From Carpediemonas membranifera BICM (lineage: Eukaryota > Protista > Fornicata): a stretch of 64,000 bases of DNA. The translations under genes were made by a program, and so were the position numbers. Every line of letters begins with the position of its first letter. Position 1 is the first letter of the stretch. Under the pieces are notes generated by a model. That model had not been told where the DNA came from. It searched no databases and saw only the letters and a list, made by a program, of their open reading frames with translations. Of this stretch, positions 24,477 to 33,766 are shown piece after piece. The DNA lies in assembly GCA_019828565.1 (NCBI GenBank), contig JAHDYR010000008.1, positions 62,001-126,000 on the forward strand, read 5' to 3'.

Positions 24477-25598
24477 TCAGATGCAGTACTGCTTGATGGC
24501 CTCGAAACCGTTGAAGTTGACGCTCGAGATGCTGGCGGCGTAGGCGCTGCAGGAGTTGAAGTACACCAGGTCACCTGCCCTGAGGCCAACGGGCATGCGG
24601 TACTCTTTCTTCTCGTAGATCACGTCGACGCTGTCGCACGTCGGGCCCGCGAGAATAACGGGCTCGGTCTCCTCGCCGTCGCGCGAGGTCGTGATGTTGT
24701 ACGCGATGGCCTCGTCCAGGGTCTCGCTCAGGCCGTTGAACCTGCCGGCGTCGAGGTACACCCAGCGCTTGCAGTCGTCGTTGGACTTGCGCGAGACGAG
24801 GACGACCTCGGCCTGGAGGACGCCCGAGTCGCCGACCATGGAGCGGCCGGGCTCGATCATGAGGCGCGGGTGGCGCATGCCGAAGTGGCCGATGACGGAC
24901 CGCATCACCGCCTCGGCGTAGGCCGGGAGCTCCTCGATCTGCTCCTGGTAGTGCCCGTCGCCGAGGTCGATCACCTGGAGCTCGACACCGCGCTCCTGGA
25001 GGGTCATGAAGAGCGAGGCGACGCGGGTCATGGCTACGTCCCACTGGCTGAGGTCGAGCTGCTGGGAGCCGACGTGGAAGGAGACGCCGTGGGGCTCGAG
25101 GCCGACCTCGCGGGCCTGGCAGAGGAGGTCGGCGGCCATCTCGGGCTCGCAGCCGAACTTGCGGGACAGCGGCCACTGGGCGCCCTCGTTCTCGACGAGG
25201 ATGCGGCAGTAGACCATGGAGCCGGGGGCCGCGCGGGAGATCTTGAGCAGTTCCTCCTCGGAGTCGAACGCGAAGAGCCTGATGCCGCGGGAGTATGCGT
25301 AAGCGATGTCGCGCTCCTTCTTGATGGTGTTGCTGAACGACATGCGCTCGGGGGCCGCGCCGAGGTCGAGGCAGAGCTGGATCTCGGGCAGCGACGCGAC
25401 GTCGAAGCCTGAGCCCTCCTCGACAAGCACGCGGACGACCTCATGCGCGGGGTTCGCCTTAACGGCGTAGAAAACTTCGGTCTTCGGGAGGTACCGCCGC
25501 ATGGCGCGGTAGTTCTGACGGACGACGTCGAGATCGATCACTAGGCACGGAGTAGCGGGCTTGTTATCCGCCAGGAACTTCTGAATGCGCTTGTTCAT
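24477..25598 (-). CDS. Ornithine/lysine decarboxylase, fold-type III PLP enzyme, bacterial-type
   Basis: FYAVKANP (PLP lysine), FDVAS, NTIKKERDI, WPLSRKFGC, GVSFHVGSQ, IEPGR, LAGPTCDSVD; intronless and very GC-rich. Confidence 0.9.
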   Translation of the reverse strand: MNKRIQKFLADNKPATPCLVIDLDVVRQNYRAMRRYLPKTEVFYAVKANPAHEVVRVLVEEGSGFDVASLPEIQLCLDLGAAPERMSFSNTIKKERDIAYAYSRGIRLFAFDSEEELLKISRAAPGSMVYCRILVENEGAQWPLSRKFGCEPEMAADLLCQAREVGLEPHGVSFHVGSQQLDLSQWDVAMTRVASLFMTLQERGVELQVIDLGDGHYQEQIEELPAYAEAVMRSVIGHFGMRHPRLMIEPGRSMVGDSGVLQAEVVLVSRKSNDDCKRWVYLDAGRFNGLSETLDEAIAYNITTSRDGEETEPVILAGPTCDSVDVIYEKKEYRMPVGLRAGDLVYFNSCSAYAASISSVNFNGFEAIKQYCI

Positions 25599-26019
25599 TG
25601 CTATTCGCTCTTGTGCTGTTAGTGGCTGCGGCAAGGACTCATTCTGAGATGGTATGGTTCATTTTGGTCCGGGCAAATCCGGCAAACCTTAGCGACGGCT
25701 ACGACGGAGCTACGGGCGTCGTAGCGATGTCTGGACACGTGTGTACTCCCACTGGCATGGCGGACTATTTTGAGCCAGACTGAATCAGCGCAAGTTAATT
25801 CTCTGAGCAAGGTGCGATCAAGATTGGCCACCGACCGAGGGCAGGCAGGTGATGGAACGCTATCATTATATGTCGGCGTATAGTGGGTGTGGTACAATAA
25901 GCGGCTGTCCAATAGCATCCTGGTGTCGGAGCTTTGGCAGTGAGTGTCCACGAAAGGGCGCAAAGTCATTTTTGAACTCTCTTATAAAATCTCTTCCCCT
26001 CATTTACGGCAACGTCATG

Positions 26020-27897
26020 CTACCGCTCGTGTACCCAGACCACCTCGTCCATGATACCCGCCTGCTGCCTCGCCAGGCCCGCTGCCAGCTCGCTCAGGCT
26101 GCTGTACTGTCCAGTGCCCGCGTATCGCCGCAGTCCGGGGTTCCCAATGAGCACCCGCACCGGAACCTGACCGGCCTCGAGGCTGTCCTCGGAGAAGACG
26201 AACTCAGGGTTTCTCTGCCTCAGCGAGGAGAGGAGGTCAGCAATGGGCACCGACAGCACAAAGAGTACGGCCGGCTCGTCCGGCTGGGTCAGCTGGAGAC
26301 TGATCTTGAGCGAGGTCGGGTCAGCCGCAGGCCAGGTTTCGGTGAGGAAGACCTGGGCAACTCTGGGGAACTTGGCGCCAGACCGCTTCAGAGATGCCTT
26401 GGGGCAGTTCGCGAGCGAAACTACGTCCATGATGTGGTCGAATATATGCCCGAATCTCTGATCCGCCTCGACTGGGTCGGCCGGGGCCTCCATCGACTCG
26501 AGCACAATCGCCTGGAGTCTCCTGAAGTACGCTCGCACGCCATCGCCCACACACCATGGCCGCCGCACCAGACCAGGGAACGGCGACGACTCCTGCTCGA
26601 CCTCAGTCAGGCCCGGGTGCAGGGTAAGGCCGGCCTCGTCCTGTCTGAACATCCCCATGAACATCGTGGCGGCCCCGGTCTCCTTCCAGACCCAGGCGCT
26701 GATGTCCACCGGGGTGCCCTTGGACGATGCTTGGGCGGCGCGCTTGGCCTCTGCTATGGAGGCGAGCATGCTGACCTTCTTGATCTCCTCGTTCTTGCTC
26801 GCAATCTCGGCTTCTATTTTCTTGATTCCTTCTTCAAGGGCCTCGATCTGGCTGTTATGATCAGAAGAAAGCTCTGAGTCTGCCGCAAGCTGGGTGGAGA
26901 GCTGGTCTATCACGCTCTTCATCCTATCGGCGCCTTCGTTCATCTCGACGTGCTGGTGTGCCAGGGCGACGGCCTTACGGGTCTCGAGCTCACGATCCTG
27001 GGCCACGCGAGTGCTCTGGAGGTCCTGAACCTCGTCTAGCTTCTGCTGGACGAACCAAGGCGTCCTGTTGACGTCGCTGTCGATCTCCGCGTCCTCCTTG
27101 AACTCGTCATAGCGGCCCTTCGACTCTTTCCCTAGCTTCTCCCTCACTGCCTTGTCCAACGACTCGAACCACTGGCAGTAGCGCGCCTTGGCCTCCTTGC
27201 TGAACTGGCTCTCCATAGCTGACGTCAAGCCGCCGCACAGCTCGAAGTAAAAGCTCTCCGCCTTCGAGTCGGCCTCGGCCTTCGCCTTCTGGATCTTCTT
27301 GAGGAACGCTGCGCGGTTTGAAGCCCACTCTCGGTTCGCCGGGTCTCGCACAGCTTTGGGAGCTCTGCGGCGATTCGAGGTCGGCTGAGGCTCGCAGTTA
27401 AACTTCTCGATCAACTCGGCCACGTCTGCTGCGAGCTTCTTCCGCTCTTCCCGGAGCACCTTCTCGCCGAACTCCCTTCTGTAGAAGTCACGGGTCGTGT
27501 TGTTCATGCCTGGCGGGGTGAGCGAAGGGGTGCTGGCGCCCCTCAGGGCAGACTTGGGGCCGTTCTTGGTCGCAGTCATCCATTCGTTCAGCTGGTCGAG
27601 GGAGGCTAGCACTGGTATGCTGGTGTCCATGGTGCGGAATTCGTCAAAGAGCTCCTTTGCCTTGAGCTTGGCGCCTGAACCACCAGTGCGCTTGTCAATG
27701 CTCATTGCTAGCGCGCTATTGATATCCTCATCCTGTGGCAATGGGTTCGTGTAGAGCGACGGCTTCGAGATGGGATCTGTCAGCGTGTACGTCATCGTCT
27801 CATCGCCCATGAGCATGGTTTCGTTACCTGCCATGCTTTCATCTAACGTTGAAAGCGAATACTGGCTTGTGTCGCCTTGAATGAACGTCTCTTCCAT
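26020..27897 (-). CDS. Hypothetical coiled-coil protein (weak Spc7/KNL1-like features)
   Basis: Long ORF with biased codon use, starting MEETFIQG; heptad-rich central region. Confidence 0.6.
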   Translation of the reverse strand: MEETFIQGDTSQYSLSTLDESMAGNETMLMGDETMTYTLTDPISKPSLYTNPLPQDEDINSALAMSIDKRTGGSGAKLKAKELFDEFRTMDTSIPVLASLDQLNEWMTATKNGPKSALRGASTPSLTPPGMNNTTRDFYRREFGEKVLREERKKLAADVAELIEKFNCEPQPTSNRRRAPKAVRDPANREWASNRAAFLKKIQKAKAEADSKAESFYFELCGGLTSAMESQFSKEAKARYCQWFESLDKAVREKLGKESKGRYDEFKEDAEIDSDVNRTPWFVQQKLDEVQDLQSTRVAQDRELETRKAVALAHQHVEMNEGADRMKSVIDQLSTQLAADSELSSDHNSQIEALEEGIKKIEAEIASKNEEIKKVSMLASIAEAKRAAQASSKGTPVDISAWVWKETGAATMFMGMFRQDEAGLTLHPGLTEVEQESSPFPGLVRRPWCVGDGVRAYFRRLQAIVLESMEAPADPVEADQRFGHIFDHIMDVVSLANCPKASLKRSGAKFPRVAQVFLTETWPAADPTSLKISLQLTQPDEPAVLFVLSVPIADLLSSLRQRNPEFVFSEDSLEAGQVPVRVLIGNPGLRRYAGTGQYSSLSELAAGLARQQAGIMDEVVWVHER

Positions 27898-28031
27898 CGT
27901 CGTTTTTGCGCATATTCTGCGCCAATGATGACAGGCGCGCAGTCGTCCCTGCCCACCCAGCAACACCCAGGGAGCGCCAGCAACGGGTTCGAGCGGGGTC
28001 AGCACATGGTGGGCTATCCTGCTTGTTGACG

Positions 28032-29393
28032 ATGGCGAGCACCAACCAAACACGGAAGAGAAAGGCTGCTGCAGTTACTGACGAGTCTTTCGGACGTAGT
28101 AGCGTATGGGATGCATCGAGATCTGACTTTAGTGGCCCGTGGGGGCGGTTTGACGACGAAAGCAAGTGGGAGAAGGCTGGCAAGCGAGCCGATGAAGATA
28201 TCGCCAGCATAATCGGCCCTGCCATCCTCCCAAGGTGGTATTTTGAGCAACAGCTCAGCTCTGGCTGGCATCCGGGAGCCAAGGCCACACAAAAGGCGAC
28301 AGAGATTGTTCCAAGCCACGCCTGGTCCTTCCACCGGGCCCTGCCGCTCCCCACGACGTTCCCACTGCCATCCAAGCTTCGGCAGACCATCAGCGTGGGC
28401 AATAGTGGTGTGGACACCATCGCCGCTTCCCACGCAGGTTTAGTCGCATGTGGACGGGTCGACGGCGATGTCTCAGTGTACAGCTTGCCCGAGAGCGCTA
28501 CAGGGTCCTACAGCGAGGCAGCAGTGCTAAAGGGCCACACTGAAGCGATCAACGCGCTCTGCTGGCCGGGTGGGGCGGGCTCACTCATCAGCGGATCCCA
28601 CGATGGCACCCTCAAGCTGTGGGACCTCGAGCGGAACCACGCCACAACATCCCCCCTCAGAGACGTCCAGGGCATGGACGCCTTTGATTCAATCAAATTC
28701 TACCCTACCTCCCTCGCCCCCCAGCCCGGCCAACCTGCCATCGTCTACGCCTCCGTCGGCGTGTCAGGCTCGGGCCGCAGCCTTGCGTCGGCGAGGTCTC
28801 GGGTCGTGCGCTGGGACACGAGGATGGCTGCACCGGAGATGCTTCCATGTGGTCTCTTTGACCGCAATGTCAATGCGATATCGTTCTCTGAGGACGGTCG
28901 GTACTATGTGACCGGCGATGACACTAACCGGGTGATGCTGTTCAGCGTGACAGCCCCAACAATGGCCGTGGACGTCCTTGGGACCAGCTCACGATTCCCC
29001 AAATCTGCGATATGTAGGGTTGGATCCGACCGATGGGCTGTATCTACAAGATCGCATCATATCCAGATGATCGACTTCAAGGACGGCCGTATCAAATTCA
29101 TGACTACGCGTGTCGACGGCAAGGAGACCAACGTGTCTCTTCGTGGCGGCGGGTTCACTACAGGCCAGACTATCGGCCTTGACGCCTCCCCCGACGGCCG
29201 TTATGTTGTCTCCGGCTCTGGCAAGGGCGGTGTGTTCTTATGGAAGGTCGACTCCAACCGTGAGCAGTTTATGACAACAGACCCAGTCAAGATCCTGCGG
29301 CACGGCGACGAGCCTGTCGGCGGTGTGGCGTGGAGTCCGCTGGGCGGGGTCTGGTCGAGCGGGGCCGACGGCAGGGTCAAGCTTTGGCGGTGA
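28032..29393 (+). CDS. WD40 protein, CDC40/PRP17- or WDR25-like
   Basis: GHTEAINALCW..SGSHDGTLKLWD, SPDGRYVVSGSG, N-terminal DFSGPWG. Head-to-head with the 27897 gene. Confidence 0.65.
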   Translation: MASTNQTRKRKAAAVTDESFGRSSVWDASRSDFSGPWGRFDDESKWEKAGKRADEDIASIIGPAILPRWYFEQQLSSGWHPGAKATQKATEIVPSHAWSFHRALPLPTTFPLPSKLRQTISVGNSGVDTIAASHAGLVACGRVDGDVSVYSLPESATGSYSEAAVLKGHTEAINALCWPGGAGSLISGSHDGTLKLWDLERNHATTSPLRDVQGMDAFDSIKFYPTSLAPQPGQPAIVYASVGVSGSGRSLASARSRVVRWDTRMAAPEMLPCGLFDRNVNAISFSEDGRYYVTGDDTNRVMLFSVTAPTMAVDVLGTSSRFPKSAICRVGSDRWAVSTRSHHIQMIDFKDGRIKFMTTRVDGKETNVSLRGGGFTTGQTIGLDASPDGRYVVSGSGKGGVFLWKVDSNREQFMTTDPVKILRHGDEPVGGVAWSPLGGVWSSGADGRVKLWR

Positions 29394-29456
29394 TGCTGGT
29401 GATTGTCTCTTCCCTGTGTCATGAACAGATGTTGTAAACACCGGTGTTCAGTTCAT

Positions 29457-30153
29457 TTACTCTTGCTTCCGGAATATTGGGAAGAAAATACTCGGTTTGA
29501 ATCGTCCCTTGAAAAGTCTCATCTCGACGTTGAAAGCATTCACGCCACGGCGGATCTTGAACGCGCCACCGATGCCCCAGTGACGGCCCCAGGTGTTGGT
29601 GCAGAGCCAGTAGGGGATGCCATGCTCGATGCCCCAGCCGATGAGTCGTATGGCATGAGAGCCAATTTTCTTCGAATTTTGATCGATTGTATAAATGCCT
29701 GACCGATAATCAAAAATGTTATCATGAACATCGAACATCGTAGACACTGGGCCGCGGAGGAAGATCTTCTTCTGGATGTCACGGGCAACGGCAGCGACGC
29801 CGTCACGTGAATCATAGGGCAGGCAGCTCTTGGAAACAATGCCGCTCCTCTTCATGGCATCGTAAACGTCGGGATAGTTGATACCCTCGCATGGTGTCCA
29901 ATCATCATCGTACTCCGCGCATGACAGAAGCCACTGGGAAGAGAAAGACACGGACTCGCCAGTGGCGGCGATCGGACGCAACTTGAACGGCTGTGAGAAG
30001 GGCGGATGATTTGCATTGACCTGCAAAAGGAATCTCATTCAGCGCAGGGCACTTCTCGCCCCATTTCACGCGGGCATCGAATGATTCGGGAAGCTCAACG
30101 GCGCTTGAAAGCGCTAAACCAAGGATCAGGAAGCTAATCAGAAAGAACTTCAT
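29457..30153 (-). pseudogene. Cathepsin B-like pseudoprotease or pseudogene (catalytic Cys to Ser, frameshift near 29970)
   Basis: Signal peptide then LPESFDARVKW; GQCKSSALL replaces QCGSCWAF; frame switch SDR../..ATGESVSFSSQWLLSC; retains GSHAI and WLCTNTWG. Confidence 0.75.
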
Positions 30154-30435
30154 GTTTTCAGTGCTTCTGCAGAAAAGGGACGAGTAGAAAAAACAGCGAA
30201 TCAGAGAGATCTTCACTCAGGCGACATTTTGTCGTTTCGAGGCTTTGCAAAATTCGTAGAGCGATCATAAACAGAAATTGAGGCCAACATCCTGCATGAC
30301 TCTCTGCCAGTGAAGGAGCCGCCTCGTTGACTCGATGGACGCTTGATTCGCGTTTTGTCAGGTTTGCACAATTTGACATGCAAACGAACCTGACAAGCAG
30401 GTCTGCGCTTTCAAGCTTTCGCCAACGGTCATAGA

Positions 30436-31827
30436 ATGAGCGAAGAATATCCATTGATGCTAACGATCAGCGGAATTCGTGGTATTGCTGGTAAGAGCCT
30501 CACTGCAGCTGTCGTTGAGCGCTACGTCGAGGCATTCGGGGCATTTATCCACGCACACCACAGGGCAGGCAGCAAACGGATCATTGTATGCGGCCGAGAC
30601 TCGCGTGTCAGTGGTCTTGAGATCAACACAGCCGCGTGCGAGTTACTCACGGCCCAGGGCTGGACGGTTTGGGACATAGGCATCGTACCGACCCCGACAG
30701 TGCAGTATATGGTGAAGAAGCACGCGCTGGCTGGGGGAATCGTCATCACGAGCAGCCATAACCCCAAGCAGTGGAACGGGCTGAAGTTTGTGGGACCGGA
30801 CAGCCTCTTCCTCTCGCCCGACGCCTGTGCCGAGGTCTTCAAGGATGACGCCCCTCGCAGCGTCGGCACCGAGCATGAAGGGCATCTGGTGCTCGTTGGT
30901 GATGCCGCAGAACAACACGTGAACGATCTTCTTCAGCTTCCAATCATTCCCGTCGAAGACATTGAGTCTCGACGCTTCACAGTCGCACTCGACACAGTAT
31001 GTGGTGCAGGTGGGCCTATCATGGCCTACCTGCTTGAGCAGCTCGGCGCCACCGTGCGGGGCCAGAACCTCGAGACGAGCGGCCTCTTCCCCCGCGACCC
31101 CGAGCCTACCGTGGGCAGCCTCGCCGAGTTCTGCAAGTTCGTGGAGCAGAGCGACGCGGACCTAGGCATCGCGGTCGACCCGGACGTGGACCGGTGCGTG
31201 TTGATCGATGAGCGGGGCGTGTGCTTCGGCGAGGAGTTCACCCTCGCCATTGCCGTCGACTACATCCTCAGCCATGTCGGCAGGAAAGGCTGTGTCGTCA
31301 AGAACCTGTCTTCCTCAATGATGACTGATGTGTTTGCTGCAAGAAACGGCTGTGAACTGGTGGAGGCGGCAGTCGGCGAAATCAACGTCGCGCTAGCAAT
31401 GCGAGAGATGAGCGCAGTCATTGGGGGTGAGGGAAACGGCGGTGTGATGCTGCCGGACCTCCACATAGGCCGTGACGCCCCCGTCGCTGCCGCCCTCGCC
31501 CTAGCCTGGCTGGCTGTCGGTGGTGGGACCATGTCGGAAAGGATCGGGGCCATGCCGCATTTTGCTATAGTCAAGCACAAGGTCCCCCTGGGTGGACTCG
31601 ACCCAGATGCTGTCCTTGAGAGAGCCAGGACGGTGGAGATCTTCCCTGGCCAACGGAGGCCGGAGGTGTCGACTCTGGATGGTGTCAAGCTCAAGGGTGG
31701 GTCATGGTGGGTACACGTCCGGAAGTCGAACACTGAGCCGATCCTCCGGGTGATCGCGGAGGCTCGGTCGAAGGAGGAGGCCGAGGATCTATGCGATCGA
31801 GTGAAGAAGGCTCTGTTCAGCGAGTAA
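30436..31827 (+). CDS. Alpha-D-phosphohexomutase (PMM/PGM/GlmM), bacterial-type
   Basis: SGIRG, TPT, ITSSHNP (phosphoserine loop), DPDVDR (metal loop), GGEGNGG, RKSNTEP. Confidence 0.9.
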   Translation: MSEEYPLMLTISGIRGIAGKSLTAAVVERYVEAFGAFIHAHHRAGSKRIIVCGRDSRVSGLEINTAACELLTAQGWTVWDIGIVPTPTVQYMVKKHALAGGIVITSSHNPKQWNGLKFVGPDSLFLSPDACAEVFKDDAPRSVGTEHEGHLVLVGDAAEQHVNDLLQLPIIPVEDIESRRFTVALDTVCGAGGPIMAYLLEQLGATVRGQNLETSGLFPRDPEPTVGSLAEFCKFVEQSDADLGIAVDPDVDRCVLIDERGVCFGEEFTLAIAVDYILSHVGRKGCVVKNLSSSMMTDVFAARNGCELVEAAVGEINVALAMREMSAVIGGEGNGGVMLPDLHIGRDAPVAAALALAWLAVGGGTMSERIGAMPHFAIVKHKVPLGGLDPDAVLERARTVEIFPGQRRPEVSTLDGVKLKGGSWWVHVRKSNTEPILRVIAEARSKEEAEDLCDRVKKALFSE

Positions 31828-32585
31828 AGGGTGGTTTAGTGGCAATGATGGGCGGCTGATGGAGTTGTGATGTCTTGGGGGTTCTTCTCTTCTCTTGCCA
31901 TGTGCTGTGCTCCATGTGCTCTCTGCTGAGCACGTCGGCCATACCAGTCCGTTAACAGGAAAAAAAAGAAAATTGTCGCGCTAGGCATAGCCATGGCTGA
32001 TTATTGTCTAGTTACGCCCTTGTCCCGTGGCTGGCTCTATTAGCGCCATATTTTGCGAGATAAAGTTTGACTTCTTCAGCGAGAAATGCCCTCGAGGCAA
32101 TGAAGCGAAGATTGTACAAATGGATGTATGAACGCAACATGAAGCAATAATGAGCTTGTATATAAGCTCAAACACTCGGAAACTAAACAATATCAGCATT
32201 TACCAAGCAATTGCGTTGGCAACACCTTCATTTCTTGGGCGGAGAAGCTGGCTCGGAACGGAATGCTGAAAAAGACAGTCTTAAGTATTCAATAGGTATA
32301 TCTAACTGCATGCACGGCCTCGAAAGCGATATCTCATCCGTTAGCGCCCATACACAGAGGGGCGATCGCCCCTACAGGTTCGACTCGATCGACTCGAGGC
32401 CACAGGCTCTGTAACAAAACAACAGAGACATGTCTGGTCGCCCACGGACACGTCAGGACACGATTCGGCAGACCTGACTCGCAGTCGACTTGGGTCAACG
32501 AAACAGCTCCGCGAACGACGGCAAACGAGCCTTGATTTCTGATCTATTTCGACATGTGTTTTCGCCATACAAACGAAACATCGTA

Positions 32586-33500
32586 ATGTCGACTGAAACG
32601 CTTCAGAATACGATTTCGCTCAATGAGAACGCTTCGATCAACCACGAAGAAGGATCTGGCCAGGTTGATGCCATGATCCGATTCAAAACAGCTGTCGCCC
32701 AACAAGGCGCACTTAATGACCGCGTTTATCTCCTTGATTCCGGAAATGAGAAGCCCAGTGATCTCATTCCGTGGATGCGGTCCACCGCCTCAAAGCACGG
32801 CCGCACCCGCCTCACGGCCAAACTCCCCATGCCAAAGGCCAAGGAGTTCGTGGCGGCGGGCTTCGAGATCGAGGCCGTTGTCCCCGGCATGTATAACGGC
32901 GTCGACGGTGCGTTTGTCCGGCAATTCTTATCGGAAGCTCGCGGGGTCGAACCAACCGCTGCCGCCCGCATAGAGCGCATAGAGAAGGTCCTTGCGAAGG
33001 CCAATCAGCCCTACATCCTACCCGCCCTGCCCGAGGGCTGCGTCCTGTCCGAGATGGGGCCGACCGACGCTGAGGAGATCAGCGCCCATCTGTCCAGCGT
33101 ATTCGACTCTTACCCCTTCCCAGTGGAGGATCCGGAGTTCATCAGGTCCGAGATGGACGCGGGCACGCGCTACTTCGCTGTGAAGCTCAACGGGGCCATC
33201 ATCGCGATGTCCTCGGCGGAGTGTAACAACACTCACAAGTATGCCGAGTGTACCGACTTCGCCACCCTCCCCGAGTGGCGCGGCAAGGCGCTGGCGCTCC
33301 ATTTGCTCCACCACATGGAAGAGGCCCTCGACGCCGCCGGGATCCACGGCCATTACAGCATCGCGAGGAGCACAGAGTTCGGGATGAACCTCGTATTTGC
33401 CAGGGCCGGGTTTGAGCTGACGGGCACGCTCATCAACTCGACCCACATCGGCGGGGGCATCGAGAGCATGAATATCTGGGCCAAATACACCGGTAAATAA
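32586..33500 (+). CDS. ablB: Putative beta-lysine N-acetyltransferase (AblB-like GNAT)
   Basis: NDRVYL, SYPFPVEDPEFI, AECTDFATLPEWRGK, YSIARS, GMNLVFA, GTLINST.IGG.IESMNIW follow the AblB pattern. Confidence 0.75.
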   Translation: MSTETLQNTISLNENASINHEEGSGQVDAMIRFKTAVAQQGALNDRVYLLDSGNEKPSDLIPWMRSTASKHGRTRLTAKLPMPKAKEFVAAGFEIEAVVPGMYNGVDGAFVRQFLSEARGVEPTAAARIERIEKVLAKANQPYILPALPEGCVLSEMGPTDAEEISAHLSSVFDSYPFPVEDPEFIRSEMDAGTRYFAVKLNGAIIAMSSAECNNTHKYAECTDFATLPEWRGKALALHLLHHMEEALDAAGIHGHYSIARSTEFGMNLVFARAGFELTGTLINSTHIGGGIESMNIWAKYTGK

Positions 33501-33766
33501 GGGATGAAGGGTTTAGTGGAATATAGTGCGGTGCGGTGGGCATTGAGGTAAACTTCTGTCGTGTGCCGACCCAACGATGAAGGAACCGCCCTGCCCTTCG
33601 GCCCACTGCATCAAGCCTCGCGGGCGCCTCTACTCTGGTCAGGTCGGGGTCGCACTCCCATTGCTCCACCGGTCAGATGGGCAGCAGTCATATTGGACAC
33701 GGATATTGACCCTGTAGGGTTACCTTTCCTCTTCGCCGGATTAAACTTTTAAAATGAGGAATAATA

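Noticed and set aside
24477-33500. Bacterial contamination or chimeric contig
   Set aside because: The bacterial-type genes are interleaved with WD40, cathepsin and intron-bearing genes, with no operon structure.
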